Of a stretch of 64,000 bases of DNA, positions 1 to 14,400 are shown piece after piece. Origin of the DNA: Macrostomum lignano (lineage: Eukaryota); NCBI GenBank assembly GCA_002269645.1, contig NIVC01001722.1:31534-95533 (forward strand). Direction: 5' to 3'. The position numbers were made by a program, and so were the translations under genes. Positions within the stretch are counted from its first letter, which is position 1, and every line of letters begins with the position of its first letter. The notes beneath the pieces were generated by a model that was not told the DNA's origin, made no database searches, and saw only the letters and a list, made by a program, of their open reading frames with translations.

Positions 1-1243
1 AAGTCAGTTTTTTTACTTATTATATGTATTGTAACGATATTTTAATATACATGTATAAAACTATATACGCTGCTTTGGGAAGATCTATTTATGAAAAAAA
101 ATTACTTTACATTTACCTAAAGGTAGTAGATGCTACTCGCACGGCAGTCTTGTTTAAAAATGGAAAACTCCGATTTAAAATTCACATCCTGTTTTTTTAC
201 GAGCGTATTTTATAATTACGAGCTACTTCGAAAAACGTATGGAACTTCTCGGTGTTAAAAATCTCACCTTTATTAGACAAGCGGATTTAACGATATACTT
301 GATGCATGATGGAGGATAATGATGGAGTGAAGATGGACTGTTTGAGAGACTAGCTGAGGATGTCCAGCAGTTGAAGTTTTGCTCACTATCGAGAGGCTTG
401 ATCAGCGAAACTCTAGAAATTTGCAACAAGGTGTCCATAGTCACCTTGTGCCACAGTTGTAGAAGGTTCAGAAGTTCCGTCAGGGAGAAGGCCAGTAACT
501 ATCGAAGTCCCAACGAAGTCAGCTGGTGCAGACGCGTGGTAGAATCTTTGAATATCTCGACGGTCGGTCCGGAGCGCTGACGACTTGATTCTTGTTTGAG
601 AAGGTGCACATGTACACAAAATTAGCCCCTGTTCTGGAATTCCAGCGCAGCAAAAATATATTTGTTCCTTGTTAATATTCTTTGTCAACGTAATATACGC
701 TTAAAAGAAGAAAAATATTACTCGTCAAGCAAAAATTTAATCCGAGGGCTTTTAAAAAAATAGATTATACGTTCGTAACACTAAGCAGAGATGATGTGAC
801 AAATCGTCACCATAGTCACTATTAAAAGTTATTATAAATTATTAAATTTAATAATAATATTATTATTATTATTCTTATTATAAATAAGAATTTATCATCA
901 TTGTTATTATAATTATTATTAATATTAATAATAATTTAATTTATTATTACACTTATTAAATTCGATGGTCTTTTTACACTGCAATCAAGATACTTGTTTA
1001 AAAGTTCCCATTCCAAGTTTCAATTTAATTTTGTCTTTCAAGCGTTCATCAAGAGAAAAGTCAAGGCAATACTACTAGCTATTATTGCATTTATATAATT
1101 TATAGTTACAGAGTTGACGGGTTTTGTATTTTACGTTTTCGTAAAATTCCAAGGAGATATTTACAAACAGTAGATTTAACGTGTAATTTTTCTTTATTTT
1201 CGACAGCTAGCTTTTTTATTTGAAATGCGTGTTCTGAGTAGAC

Positions 1244-1960
1244 ATGGCGGATTCTGATGATGACGACTATAAGCCCAGTGTGCAATTGAAGATTGTTGTC
1301 GTTGGCGATGGATCTTCAGGAAAGACATCACTGACTTGCAGATATGCGCAGGATTTGTTCGGTAAAGACTATCGTCAAACAATAGGTGTTGACTTTTTCA
1401 TGAAAAAAATCGTTCTACCTGGAAATACAGAAGTAACACTCCAAGTTTGGGACATCGGAGGCCAAACACTCGGTGGCAGTATGCTAGATAAATACTTATA
1501 CAACGCAGATGGAGTCGTCCTGGTGTACGACATTACAAACTTTTCCAGTTTCGAAAACCTGGAGGATTGGCTCACCTCTGCAAAGAAAATGATTGACCCG
1601 TCAAAAAATCCGCACTTTGCTCTGGTCGGCAATAAAATGGACTTGGAGCATCTGCGAACAGTCAAAGCGGATCGGCACGAGAAGCTCTGCCAAGAAAAGA
1701 ATCTGTCTAGTCATTTCACATCTGCCAAGACCGGCGACTCTGTCAACGCCATGTTTATGAAGGTGGCCGCTGCAATCTTGAAGATCACCCTGCGTCAGAA
1801 CGACATCGATCAGCAGAAGGGAGTTATCAAAGCCGAAATTGGAAACGCGGCGTCGCGCAGCTCAGCTGGACAAGGCGCCACTCCAAGTCGCCCTTCTAAC
1901 TCGCAATTGTCTAACACTAATGCGAATCAAGTGCAGACCAAAGCTTGCACATTGCTATGA
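1244..1960 (+). CDS. RAB28: Rab28 small GTPase, single coding exon, 238 aa
   Basis: G1 GDGSSGKT, switch [12 protein letters not shown]3 WDIGGQT (Rab28-type, not WDTAGQ), G4 GNKMD, G5 TSAKT, C-terminal CAAX (CTLL). Uninterrupted ORF. Confidence 0.9.
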   Translation: MADSDDDDYKPSVQLKIVVVGDGSSGKTSLTCRYAQDLFGKDYRQTIGVDFFMKKIVLPGNTEVTLQVWDIGGQTLGGSMLDKYLYNADGVVLVYDITNFSSFENLEDWLTSAKKMIDPSKNPHFALVGNKMDLEHLRTVKADRHEKLCQEKNLSSHFTSAKTGDSVNAMFMKVAAAILKITLRQNDIDQQKGVIKAEIGNAASRSSAGQGATPSRPSNSQLSNTNANQVQTKACTLL

Positions 1961-3520
1961 CCTGCAGTCTGCACAGCCAAAACAATTGTGCTATTAACAG
2001 GGCTGGCTTTCATGTTGTCCCTTCAGTCTGTGCGAATTTGATTTTATAGTCTCGCATGCTTTCTCTTTCTGTGTTCTATTTCATAATTATATTGGTATAT
2101 ATATATATCAAGTTATGGGCCAATTTATTTTTGGAATTCAAATCTAAGCAAAATGCTTTGAACATTGATTCACAATGCCACAAATGCTTGTATGTACATT
2201 TTAGTGCATTCTTTTTTCCTGTAACTGTTCACAAATATCTGCACTAAAAATTCCAGTAACTCCTGATGGTAAGCAAAGCTCTGAAGAATGGAACAGAAAG
2301 CTTATAATTATTTTTTAAATTAAAATCCAATTGAAATCCAATAAATTTAGTTCCTGTGTCATTAAAAATTGTACTAACAGTCAATACTAAGTCAAATTTC
2401 AGCCAAAGCTCACATGATTGGAATTCAATTTAATTAATTTTCTGTAACTTATTTTTATTAAGGACTTATTTTTATTTATCTGTATTATACTAGAGCAGGC
2501 CAAATATCTTCAATGTAGAAAAATGGCATATAGATTTTACATTCCAAACTTAGAAGTTTGAACATATTCTTATGCCTTTGTAATTGTAGTAATATTTTTT
2601 ATGTAATTAGAATGCATAAAATATACAAACTTATGGTTGTCGCTTGATTTGCTAGATAAAATAGGATTTATAATATTTTAAAACTTTTACAGACAAATAT
2701 TGATTCTATGTATTGATTTAATAAGGTTAATCCTGCATGTGGTTTGTACTACATTAAACTGGTGTTGATTGCATAAATAAATTATGTACAATCTGGTGGG
2801 TGTACTATATGCAATACCTACTCAACTGCATAAAAAGATTAACAAAGCAACAAATTTGCAGTGAATTTTATTCGTTTAGTTATTTGATCCGGTAAAAAAA
2901 GCAATAACTATCCAAAGATTAATTTAAATGTATATTTTTTCTAACTGTGGTTTGGTTTTTTTTCAACAAAAAACACAGGTGACCACCCAGCTGAGGCGCA
3001 GGCAGTCAAGCATGGCGCATGATTGGTAAAGAAATTAACAAATTCATGTCACTAGACGGTGGAGAGTGCAGGAGCCACTGTGCAGACAATGACGATGGAC
3101 TTTATGGGGAAAAACAACGTTAGTCGTGCGGACAGGCGCATGCAAATATTAATATCTGAGGCTAAAAGTTTGAAGAAATAAAATAATACTAGCAAACAGT
3201 TTCTAAAGAGGCTCGCAATTAATAAATAAATTAACAGGTGAAAACAATGCATCTGTGTACAAAATCAGCTCTTGTGTGGGCGCTCTGTGTGTACATCCAA
3301 ATGTACATTACATTGTATACGAGTCTAATGTATCTCAAGATGTAGCGTTTAACAGTGCAGTCAAATGTAACTTTGATAACGCACAATACAATGTACAAAT
3401 CAGAGTCGAGGTAAGGTGCATCGTTTGATAAAAGCCAGAAGAATGAAAGCGAAAACGAACATTCGCATGCTTTTCTTTAATAATAGGCCTACCAAATTGC
3501 AATTTTATTAATCTTTGCGC

Positions 3521-3552
3521 GAAGTGTTTCGCCCAACAATTGGCATCTTCAG
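3521..3552 (-). ncRNA. Hammerhead ribozyme-like core (probably decayed)
   Basis: CUGAAGA-U-GCC[AAUUGUUG]GGC-GAAA-CACU-UC. Core and stem II are present; stem I is weak and loop III is not palindromic. Confidence 0.45.
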
Positions 3553-3582
3553 GCAATAATAGGTGCAGAGAGAAAGAAGCCC

Positions 3583-3614
3583 CTGAAGATGCCAATTGTT
3601 GGGCGAAACACCTC
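3583..3614 (+). ncRNA. Hammerhead ribozyme-like core (probably decayed)
   Basis: CUGAAGA-U-GCC[AAUUGUUG]GGC-GAAA-CACC-UC; inverted copy of 3521-3552. Confidence 0.45.
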
Positions 3615-5447
3615 GCACAAAGATTAATAAATTTGCAATTTGGTATTATTAAAGAAAAGCATGCGAATATTTGTCCACGCTTTCGTTCTTCTGGCTTTAT
3701 TGTACAAATCAGTGCGTATGTAATGTACATCTAATTTGCAGATCAATGTACATCCACATTGTACATCTAATGTACATATCAATGTACATTAAGGTAACTG
3801 TAACTTGTACTTGTAAACCTGGAAAACTCGGTTAAAAAGCGTTCCATCCCAAGCAAAAAAAAGTGTACAACTAACAGTGTACATACTTGAGCGAATTTTA
3901 CAATTACAGATATTGTGAAAGAAGAGAAGTTCAAATTAAGTGAACCTATCGATCTACGGCTAATTTGTGAAGCACAAAAAATGTAACAGCACACCCAAGG
4001 AAGTGTGCACTAAAAGCAAGGAAAGGTTACCATAGAGAATACGCAGTAGACAGGTAACACATTGAAAAAAATCAATACAAAACAGGTTTGAGACAGCTTT
4101 AACCTTCTCACATGAATTCAAGAGACAAAAATAATTATAAAAAGTAAATTATTCGATTTTTTAAATTCCGCACTAAAAATCACAAAATATCAAATAGATA
4201 AGAATAATACAAAGCTGTATGCTTTTATCGATCTGCCTTAATTAGATATACCTAGCTACTTCATAATAAAACGCAAAAATGACCCACAGGTAGGCGCTGA
4301 TCAAATAATAGTTGATTTTCTATAATAAACTAATTAACTTAAATTTTATTGATAAATGATCACAGTCTCATCTGTGATTGGCTGGCACACCCGCCGGGCA
4401 GAGAGCGGGATCGGGGCGGTTGGCCTAAAATGACGTGGCCGGCGCTGATTGGCCTGAGGAGAAGAGGCTGACGAGAAACGAGAAGCGGCTAGGTGAGACG
4501 CCTTAAAGTTGAACTATAAAGTATAGAATTTAAAGTACAAACAAATAGAATTGTCATGTTAAAAGCAGGGAGCAAAGGTAAAAAGATGTATCAATTGACT
4601 GTTAGAGAGAATAATTCAGAAGAAGCAATAAGGATATTAAAAATCGCTAAACAAAGGATACCAGCTCCGACCAAAACAGTTGCTGGTTTCAATTTGATCT
4701 TCAGAGATCACGTTGGGAGAGGAAATTGAAAAATAAGTGCTAAAATGTTTCTTTTGAAACGAACTTCGGCCTTCAAATATACTTACGATATTTTAGTGTT
4801 AATGTATTACTACAGAATATTAAATAGGAGCGCCCCAGGTATTTAACAGGCAGCTCAAGACGTAGCACAAAGTACACTTCGAACAGACTGAACAGATAGC
4901 CTCAGCGTATCGCCACTAGCACTGAAGTCAACGAATGAGACGCTGGTTAAACGCCGAGGCACTGACACAGTTAGTTGCTTCCTTCAAATTTACTTTCGAT
5001 CAAGGGTTGGCAAACTGCGGCCTCTATATAATAGCCTCTCTATTCGGCCCTCGTGTTCTTTTAAACTTCACAATAGTAATCCATCCGACCCGCTCAAGGT
5101 CTCTTCTAAGCTCTTTCATATACCTTCTTTCTCCCTCTCTTCTCTGGATCCTTTCTCCACTCGTTTTTCTCCTCTATCCTCTCATCATCTCTTATCTCTT
5201 TTCTCGTCTCGCATCTTCCAGTGGACGACCGAAGAGCCCTATCCTCCAGCTTATTATCTTCCCAATGACCATATGCGGGTCGCATGAATCTAAGGCACAA
5301 AAACAAGTTGTCTATGGTTAAAACACCGACTTAGGCAGAAATTAATGGCCAAATCGTTCAGTTTTGCATTCTCTATGCCTACAGTGATGCGCTTCTAGAA
5401 ATGAAAGAAAACAAGTTTCTCTTATGCCAAATACATGGTGGAGAAAG

Positions 5448-8400
5448 CTACTGCACTGGGCATTCCAATCCCAGCATCCCGTCTTCATCCTCGGGCAGCT
5501 GCACCACATCCGGCAGGGCACGCAGCAGGTAGGTGAGGGTGCCGAACCGGCCGCTAGGCGCCGTGTCGTAGAAATGCGCGCAGACGCCGCAGGCGCCGCC
5601 GCAGACAAGCGCCGGGTAGGTGGCGCCGGCGCCGCGGCGCCAGTCTTCGTGCCGCAACAGCTGGTCGATCTGGTCGGGCACAGCGCAGCAGGCGCAGGCG
5701 TCACCGCCCAGGCTGAGCTGGTCGCTCAGAAAGGTGTAGTTGGCCCTGTGCACCAGCTGCTCGGCGGGCAGGATCCTGTGCAGATCCACTCGCTGCAGCT
5801 GGTCACAGTCCGGCAGGCGGACCAGCAGGCTCAGAGCTTCAACAACCAGCTGGCGGTACTCCGGCACTGGCACGGCCGTGATCATCGCCTCAACGTGCAG
5901 AGCAAACTTTACTTCGCCAGCCGTCATCTCCCTGGTGAGGTACTGGCCGATGATTTGGCCGTAGATGCTCACGCCCTCCGTGTACTCCAGCAGGCGCCAC
6001 ATCCGCCTGTAGAAGCCGGCCGGCACCCGGTTCAAAGCGCCGTCGATTCGTCGGCGCCGAAGCCACTGGCCGCGCCGGTCGGAGCTCATGGTCTGGCCGA
6101 GCCGCTCCTCCGCCCACTGGCCCGGTCGCTGGCCGGGGCCGTCCGACGGCGCAAGGCTGCGCGGCCGGAAGTCGAGCACGCGCGAGTCCGACTGGGGATT
6201 GGGAGAGGAGGGGAAGATTTTTGGCAGTGGATTTGCCTTCTCTCTAGAATTCTATTCCCATGCTCTGGACTATTCTAAATGGGATATTTAGAAGATCAGA
6301 ATCAGAATTGGCTTGATGAACTTTGGCGGCTCAAAGGTGTCGGTTTGAAGAATCGCAGCTCCAGATCACAAAGGCGTTACATAGACACTGCTCGATGGGT
6401 TCGAGAGCTGGACTCGGGGGCAGAAAAGTATGGAGACTCAAGGCGTTTAAAGAAAAGTTAAGGAGATATGAGGAAAGGAACCAGAATCTGTGGTGGAGAT
6501 CATCAAGAGGAGAAAGCCCAAATATTACGGACATCAGACGAGGAAGGGAGCCATGGCAAATTTCTGTATTCAAGGAGAAATAGATAGTGAAAGAAGAAGA
6601 GGAAGACTGAGAAAAAGCTTCCTAAAGGAATGAACCGGATGGACAAATGGAGAGAGAGGCTAAGAAGAGAGCATCGAAGGACAGGGAGGCAGTGGTGGCA
6701 GGATTTTTTGCATGAATGGGTGCGCCCACCGTCATGAAAGAATTTTAAGGCTGGTTTTCGCTACGGAGATAGGTAGTGTATTATAGAAGATTGATAGCCA
6801 TAAAGCTTTTCGTTCAGAAAATTAAGATTCTATGTTAATTTCTTTTTCTACGTAGAATTGTATACGTCATGTGCCTAAAAACCAAAAAAACGGCATGAGT
6901 CGAGCTGTGACATGCATTTTATTATTTTAGGTACAGGGAATGTTTAATATTAATTGATATTAATATGAAAAAAGTGGAAATTTTCCTATCTCCGTAGTGT
7001 ATTTTCCGGCAAAAGTCTATGGTTCTTCTCTGCTTGACTGTCCATTTTCTATAGTCTATGGCCAAGCCAGTCATTTAACCATTTGTCCGGATGAACAACA
7101 AAAATCGAAAGTTGAAGCACTGCAAGCGATGCACCAAACAACGTTGGGTAGCAAATAAAAAAGGTCACAACAATAAATAGCAAAGCATTTGACTATTGGC
7201 TAAGAGAGAATAATTGCCAAAAGCTAATAATCTTCTTCAGGCAGACACTATGCCCCTCAACCAAGAGTCAGCAGACCATACTAGAGTTGTTAAAATCGTC
7301 ATTCATCATTATAGATTAATTTAACCGCATGCATTTCGTTAGCAACTAACTAGACTCTATATAATAGACAATAAATGCTTAATCACAGTGCGAGCACAAC
7401 AGCTATTAGCAGAGAATAGTCAGTTTTACTGAGGCCTCACCTCCAACGAGATCTGCTCGTCCTCCGCTGAATAAGGAACATAAAGCTTAACGTTAGCATG
7501 TAAGATAATAATAGCTGCACATCTCAGTCTTAATTAATAGCTCCCGAATACTAAAATAATAATAATGAGCGGAAAAAGTCAGTCAAGTTAGCTGTGCACA
7601 GGGCAGCTTTGAAGGGCAGAAGCGCGCGGGCCGGTCTGATCTAAAATTAGACTCCCACAAATAGTCTCCGCGTGTTTCACCATCCCTTCCCTTACTCCCT
7701 ACCTGCAGGGGATAGCTCTTGTTGCTAGGGAAACGGATTAGGCCTAGCAGGTGTAGATAGCACAACAAACAGTGGCGAGGGAAAAGTACGAGAGAGTAGC
7801 ACTGAACCCGAGATGAGGGGTAAGAGAGGCAAGCTGTACACAAGCTGTTTTGTTAAGTAAAATAATACAGTAAAATTCGCACTCAACTACTCACAGTATT
7901 CCGCGTGGAATTCTTTGCCGCTGAGAATGTGATGCAGCAGTGTTTTCATCTTGTACGGACTCAGGCCTAGCAGGTGCTCGGTGGCCTCTTCAGCTGCGGG
8001 GGGGGGGTTACTTGGCTAGTTCAGGATATTTATAGGCTGTTAATTTGGTTGGAATCTGGACTCGCTGACTAGCAGCAGTCGCAGGGACCTCTGGTGCTGC
8101 TCCTCTGTAGCGTTTGAAGAAACAGAGCTGCCCCCCTCTTTAGCTGCCCTCTGTAGCTGCCCTCTGTAGCTGCCCCCTGTAGCTGCCCTCTGTAGCTGCC
8201 CCCCTGTAGCTGCCCCCTCTGTAGCTGCCCTCTGTAGCTGCCCCCTCTGTAGCTGCCCCCATCTTTAGCTGCCCTCTGTAGCTGCCCCCTGCAGACCTAC
8301 CGGAGATATTCAGCGCCCTGGCCATCTCGGAGCCCATGACCTGGATGACCAGGCCCACCCGGATCCTGTACATGCTGGCCAGCAGCTGCGGCTCAGTCCT

Positions 8401-11400
8401 AGCCAGCATGCTCAGGTACACCAGCAGCTCCTGGGTGAGCACGCCAAGTGTTGGATCGCTGTCGCTGGCTGTCCGAATCAGCTGAGCGAGGGCGGCGCCT
8501 CCGCGCGGCGAGCTGATCACTGTCTCGCGCGGCTCCGGCGGCAAGCCGACAGTCACCTGGGCGTATCGATTGTCGGGGACAATTAAGGACGCGTACTTCA
8601 GCTATGGCAGATTCGAACCCCTGACCCTACGAGTATGATATTCGAACCCCTGACCCTAAGAGTATAAGATTCGAACCCCTGAACCTACGAGCATAAGATT
8701 CTAACCCCTGACCCTACGAGTATAAGATTCGAATCCCTGACCCTACGAGTATAAGATTCGAACCTCTGACCCTACGAGTATAAGATTCGAACCCCTGACC
8801 CTACGAGTATAAGATTCGAACCCCTGACCCTACGAGTATAAGATTCGAACCCCTGACCCTACGAGTATAAGATTCGAACCCCTGACCCTACGAGTATAAG
8901 ATTCGAACCTCTGACCCTACGAGTATAAGATTCGAACCCCTGACCCTACGAGTATAAGATTCGAATCCCTGACCCTACGAGTATAAGATTCGAACCTCTG
9001 ACCCTACGAGTATAAGATTCGAACCTCTGACCCTACGAGTATAAGATGCGAACCCCTGACCCTACGAGTATAAGATTCGAACCCCTGACCCTACGAGTAT
9101 AAGATTCGAACCCGTGACCCTACGAGTACGAGTATGATATTCGAATCCCTGACCCTACGAGTATAAGATTCGAACCCCTGACCCTACGAGTATAAGATTC
9201 GAACCCCTGACCCTACGAGTATAAGATTCGAACCTCTGACCCTACGAGTATAAGATTCTAACCCCTGACCCTACGAGTATAAGATGCGAACCCCTGACCC
9301 TACGAGTATGATATTCGAACCCCTGACCCTACGAGTATAAGATTCGAACCCCTGACCCTACGAGTATAAGATTCGAACCCCTGACCCTACGAGTATAAGA
9401 TTCGAACCCCTGACCCTACGAGCATAAGATTCGAACCCCTGACCCTACGAGTATAAGATTCGAACCTCTGACCCTACGAGTATAAGATTCGAACCCCTGA
9501 CCCTACGAGTATAAGATGCGAACCCCTGACCCTACGAGTATAAGATGCGAACCCCTGACCCTACGAGTATGATATTCGAACCCCTGACCCTACGAGTATA
9601 AGATTCGAACCTCTGACCCTACGAGTATAAGATTCGAACCCCTGACCCTACGAGTATAAGATTCGAACCCCTGACCCTACGAGTATAAGATTCGAACCTC
9701 TGACCCTACGAGTATAAGATTCTAACCCCTGACCCTACGAGTATAAGATGCGAACCCCTGACCCTACGAGTATGATATTCGAACCCCTGACCCTACGAGT
9801 ATAAGATTCGAACCTCCAACCATACAATTATATTCGACATTCGATTTTTTCAACTCAAACTTCAAGTCACACACTAGAAGAATAATAAAATCAAATAGAA
9901 AAATATAAAATATAAAATCCACACTCACGTGCTTCTGTCGGACCAGCAGATCAGTGAGAAACATTGGCAATTTCTCAACTCGCTTGTCCAGCATTCCGGC
10001 CGTGTAGCGAACCAGCCACCACTGGCGGAGCGAGCCGGCCCGCTCGTACAGCTCCTTGACGAGGTCGCGCACTGTCACCGGCTGGCCGCTGCCGTTGGCG
10101 TCCTCCCAGCCTGTGGTGTAGTCCAGGCCTCTGCGTTGGCGCAGGCGGAGGCGTTAAGTATTTTTTAAATCTCGTCCCATAAGTGTACAGCGGCCCTGAC
10201 TTTCTATTCGTCAGGCATGTACACTCTCTGTGCCTTGGGGGTTGTTGGAGCGAGAGTCAGACGCGTTTACCGCTGACCTACTTTGACTCCGTATTACTAA
10301 GTAGTAAGTAACGAATATGGCGGCTATTTTCCTGTGAAGAACTCAACTAGATGTTTCATTGCTTCACTGCAAGATAAGAAACAGTCACGTGACAATCTGT
10401 AAATCAGTGCGCGGGAGGGAACAAATGTACATTAGTCAGCCAGGCTATAAATAAATGTACATAGCTGGCCGCTCCGATGCGTTATTCGGATGTACAATAA
10501 AATTAGGGTTAAGAGGACAGATAAAAACAGCCAATAGGAATCTAAGGAGTAAGACATTCAGCCAATCTCACTTTGTATGGTACAGATGAAACAGCAGGTC
10601 GAACTGTTCGTACAGATGGTCGGACTGGGCCAGCCGTTTCAGCAGCTGCTGCTCGTTCATGCTGGCCATGCAGTTCCCCGAGTCGTGCTGGTCAGTGGCC
10701 CTAGCGCAGTGCACCATTCGCTTCATGCTGTCCACGCTGTCCTCGTTCAGCATTGTGGGGTTCTTCAGCCGGTGCGTCACTGCGGAGGGGTTGGGGCAGC
10801 AAGGGTCAGCACTGACTCACTGCTCATCATTGACTGCAGCTGCCTGACTCACTGCTCACCATTGACTGACTGCAGCTGACTGACTCACTGCTCACCATTG
10901 ACTGACTGCAGCTGCCTGACTCACTGTTCACCATTGACTGCAGCTGCCTGACTCACTGCTCACCATTGACTGACTGCAGCTGACTGACTCACTGCTCACC
11001 ATTGACTGACTGCAGCTGACTGACTCACTGCTCACCATTGACTGACTGCAGCTGACTGACTCACTGCTCACCATTGACTGACTGCAGCTGACTGACTCAC
11101 TGCTCATCATTGACTGCAGCTGCCTGACTCACTGTTCACCATTGACTGCAGCTGACTGACTCACTGCTCACCATTGACTGACTGCAGCTGACTGACTCAC
11201 TGCTCACCATTGACTGACTGCAGCTGACTGACTCACTGCTCACCATTGACTGACTGCAGCTGCCTGACTCACTGCTCACCATTGACTGACTGCAGCTGCC
11301 TGACTCACTGCTCACCATTGACTGACTGCAGCTGACTGACTCACTGTTCACCATTGACTGACTGCAGCTGCCTGACTCACTGCTCACCATTGACTGACTG

Positions 11401-14400
11401 CAGCTGCCTGACTCACTGTTCACCATTGACTGACTGCAGCTGACTGACTCACTGCTCACCATTGACTGACTGCAGCTGCCTGACTCACTGTTCACCATTG
11501 ACTGACTGCAGCTGACTGACTCACTGCTCACCATTGACTAAAGGTTAGAAGAGCAAGTTAACTGAAGCCGGGATAGATAATTTTGCAGAACACAGGCTTT
11601 GAAACGAAAAAAATTTATGCGGTATCTAGTTACACAAGGTTTTAAGGCATCATTCTTGTTATTGTATTCATTAATGGAAACTAACTAGACAATAAAAAAT
11701 AATAGACTACTCTAGCGAACCTCCATCTGATCTAGTGTTACCTGAAATTCGATAAAGCGTACTTCCATTCTAGTCTAGTGTACTTCCAATCTGATCTAGT
11801 GTACTTCCAATCTGATCTAGTCTACTTCCAATCTGATCTAGTGTACTTCCAATCTGATCTAGTGTACTTCCAATCTGATCTAGTGTACTTCCAATCTGAT
11901 CTAGTGTACTTCCAATCTGATCTAGTGTACTTCCAATCTGATCTAGTGTACTTCCAATCTGATCTAGTGTACTTCCAATCTGATCTAGTGTACTTCCAAT
12001 CTGATCTAGTGTACTTCCAATCTGATCTAGTGTACTTCCAATCTGATCTAGTGTACTTCCAATCTGATCTAGTGTACTTCCAATCTGATTTAGTGTACTT
12101 CTAATCTGATCTAGTGTACTTCCAATCTGATCTAGTGTACTTCCAATCTGATCTAGTGTACTTCCAATCTGATCTAGTGTACTTCCAATCTGATTTAGTG
12201 TACTTCCAATCTGATCTAGTGTACTTCCAATCTGATTTAGTGTACTTCTAATCTGATCTAGTGTACTTCCAATCTGATCTAGTGTACTTCCAATCTGATC
12301 TAGTGTACTTCCAATCTGATTTAGTGTACTTCTAATCTGATCTAGTGTACTTCCAATCTGATCTAGTGTACTTCCAATCTGATCTAGTGTACTTCCAATC
12401 TGATCTAGTGTACTTCCAATCTGATCTAGTGTACTTCCAATCTGATCTAGTGTACTTCCAATCTGATCTAGTGTACTTCTAATCTGATCTAGTGTACTTC
12501 CAATCTGATCTAGTGTACTTCCAATCTGATCTAGTGTACTTCCAATCTGATCTAGTGTACTTCCAATCTGATCTAGTGTACTTCTAATCTGATCTAGTGT
12601 ACTTCCAATCTGATTTAGTGTACTTCTAATCTGATCTAGTGTACTTCCAATCTGATCTAGTGTACTTCCAATCTGATCTAGTGTACTTCCAATCTGATCT
12701 AGTGTACTTCCAATCTGATCTAGTGTACTTCCAATCTGATCTAGTGTACTTCCAATCTGATCTAGTCTACTTCCAATCTGATCTAGTGTACTTCCAATCT
12801 GATCTAGTGTACTTCCAATCTGATCTAGTGTACTTCCAATCTGATCTAGTGTACTTCCAATCTGATCTAGTCTACTTCCAATCTGATTTAGTGTACTTCC
12901 AATCTGATCTAGTGTACTTCCAATCTGATCTAGTGTACTTCCAATCTGATCTAGTGTACTTCCAATCTGATCTAGTGTACTTCCAATCTGATCTAGTGTA
13001 CTTCCAATCTGATCTAGTGTACTTCCAATCTGATCTAGTGTACTTCCAATGTGATCTAGTGTACTTCCAATCTGATTTAGTGTACTTCTAATCTGATCTT
13101 GTGTACTTCCAATCTGATCTAGTGTACTTCCAATCTGATCTAGTGTACTTCCAATCTGATCTAGTGTACTTCCAATCTGATCTAGTGTACTTCTAATCTG
13201 ATCTAGTGTACTTCCAATCTGATCTAGTGTACTTCCAATCTGATCTAGTCTACTTCCAATCTGATCTAGTGTACTTCCAATCTGATCTAGTGTACTTCCA
13301 ATCTGATCTAGTCTACTTCCAATCTGATCTAGTGTACTTCCAATCTGATCTAGTGTACTTCCAATCTGATCTAGTGTACTTCCAAATTGATATCAAAGCA
13401 CACTTCAACCCTGATGTAGTGGGCAGCTGTTAGAGAAACATGGAAAAAAGACACTGCAAAATGAAACACCGTGCATTGAAAAAATGAATTCATTCAAAAA
13501 ATACCGAATGCACGCATCATACTACTGATATGGGGGTTGCCAGTACAGTAGCTACCTGTAGTTTCCTCGGCCACACGCCTGGACTCGTTAATCATCTCGT
13601 TAAGATTGGGCACCATGCCGAGCAGGCCGAAACCCGAGCTGCGACGCCGGCGGGACGGCTGCACGCCGCTGGCTGGGACTGCCGGAAAATAGGAGGGGCC
13701 AGCTGTATATACTACTGCCAGCGACAGGCGTGCACATTGGGCGGCAATTTTAGTAACAGCAAGTGCAGACAGTGACCGGCCGCTTCTAATAGCAGAATTA
13801 AAAAATGTCTTATTGTCTTATTGAAATATTCCCTTGTAATAATTACTGTCATTACCCATGAACGAAATCGGATTATTTATGACCAGGTTATCCCTTTCCA
13901 TAACGATCAGGTGTGGTGAAGAGTTGATAGATCAGACAGGTGTGTGTAGTGAAGAGTTGATAGATCAGACATGTCTTTAGTGAAGAGTTGATAGATCAGA
14001 CAGGTGTGTGTAGTGAAGAGTTGATAGATCAGACAGGTGTGTGTAGTGAAGAGTTGATAGATCAGACATGTCTTTAGTGAAGAGTTGATAGATCAGACAG
14101 GTGTGTGTAGTGAAGAGTTGATAGATCAGACAGGTATTTAGTGAAGAGTTGATAGATCAGACAGGTGTGTGTAGTGAAGAGTTGATAGATCAGACAGGTG
14201 TGTGTAGTGAAGAGTTGATAGATCAGACAGGTGTGTGTAGTGAAGAGTTGATAGATCAGACAGGTGTGTGTAGTGAAGAGTTGGTAGATCAGACAGGTGT
14301 GTGTGTAGTGAAGAGTTGATAGATCAGACAGGTGTGTGTGGTGAAGAGTTGATAAGACAGGTGTGTGTAGTGAAGAGTTGATAGATCAGACAGGTGTGTG

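Larger units (their letters stand above)
3428..3700. mobile_element. Imperfect palindrome: inverted pair of PLE-type pseudo-LTR remnants
   Basis: Arms ~3428-3553 and ~3582-3700 are reverse complements with several mismatches and small indels, separated by a 28-nt spacer. Each arm starts with CTGAAGATGCCAATTGTTGGGCGAAAC. Confidence 0.6.

Noticed and set aside
223-688. Minus-strand ORFs and a donor-like AAG|GTGAGA near 270, suggesting a gene divergent from RAB28
   Set aside because: No recognisable domain and no continuous frame; cannot be supported.
4375-5340. CCAAT/GC-box cluster followed by a short decayed ORF and purine-rich tracts (similar tract 6280-6700); possible LINE relic
   Set aside because: No RT or endonuclease motif is recognisable; too weak to classify.
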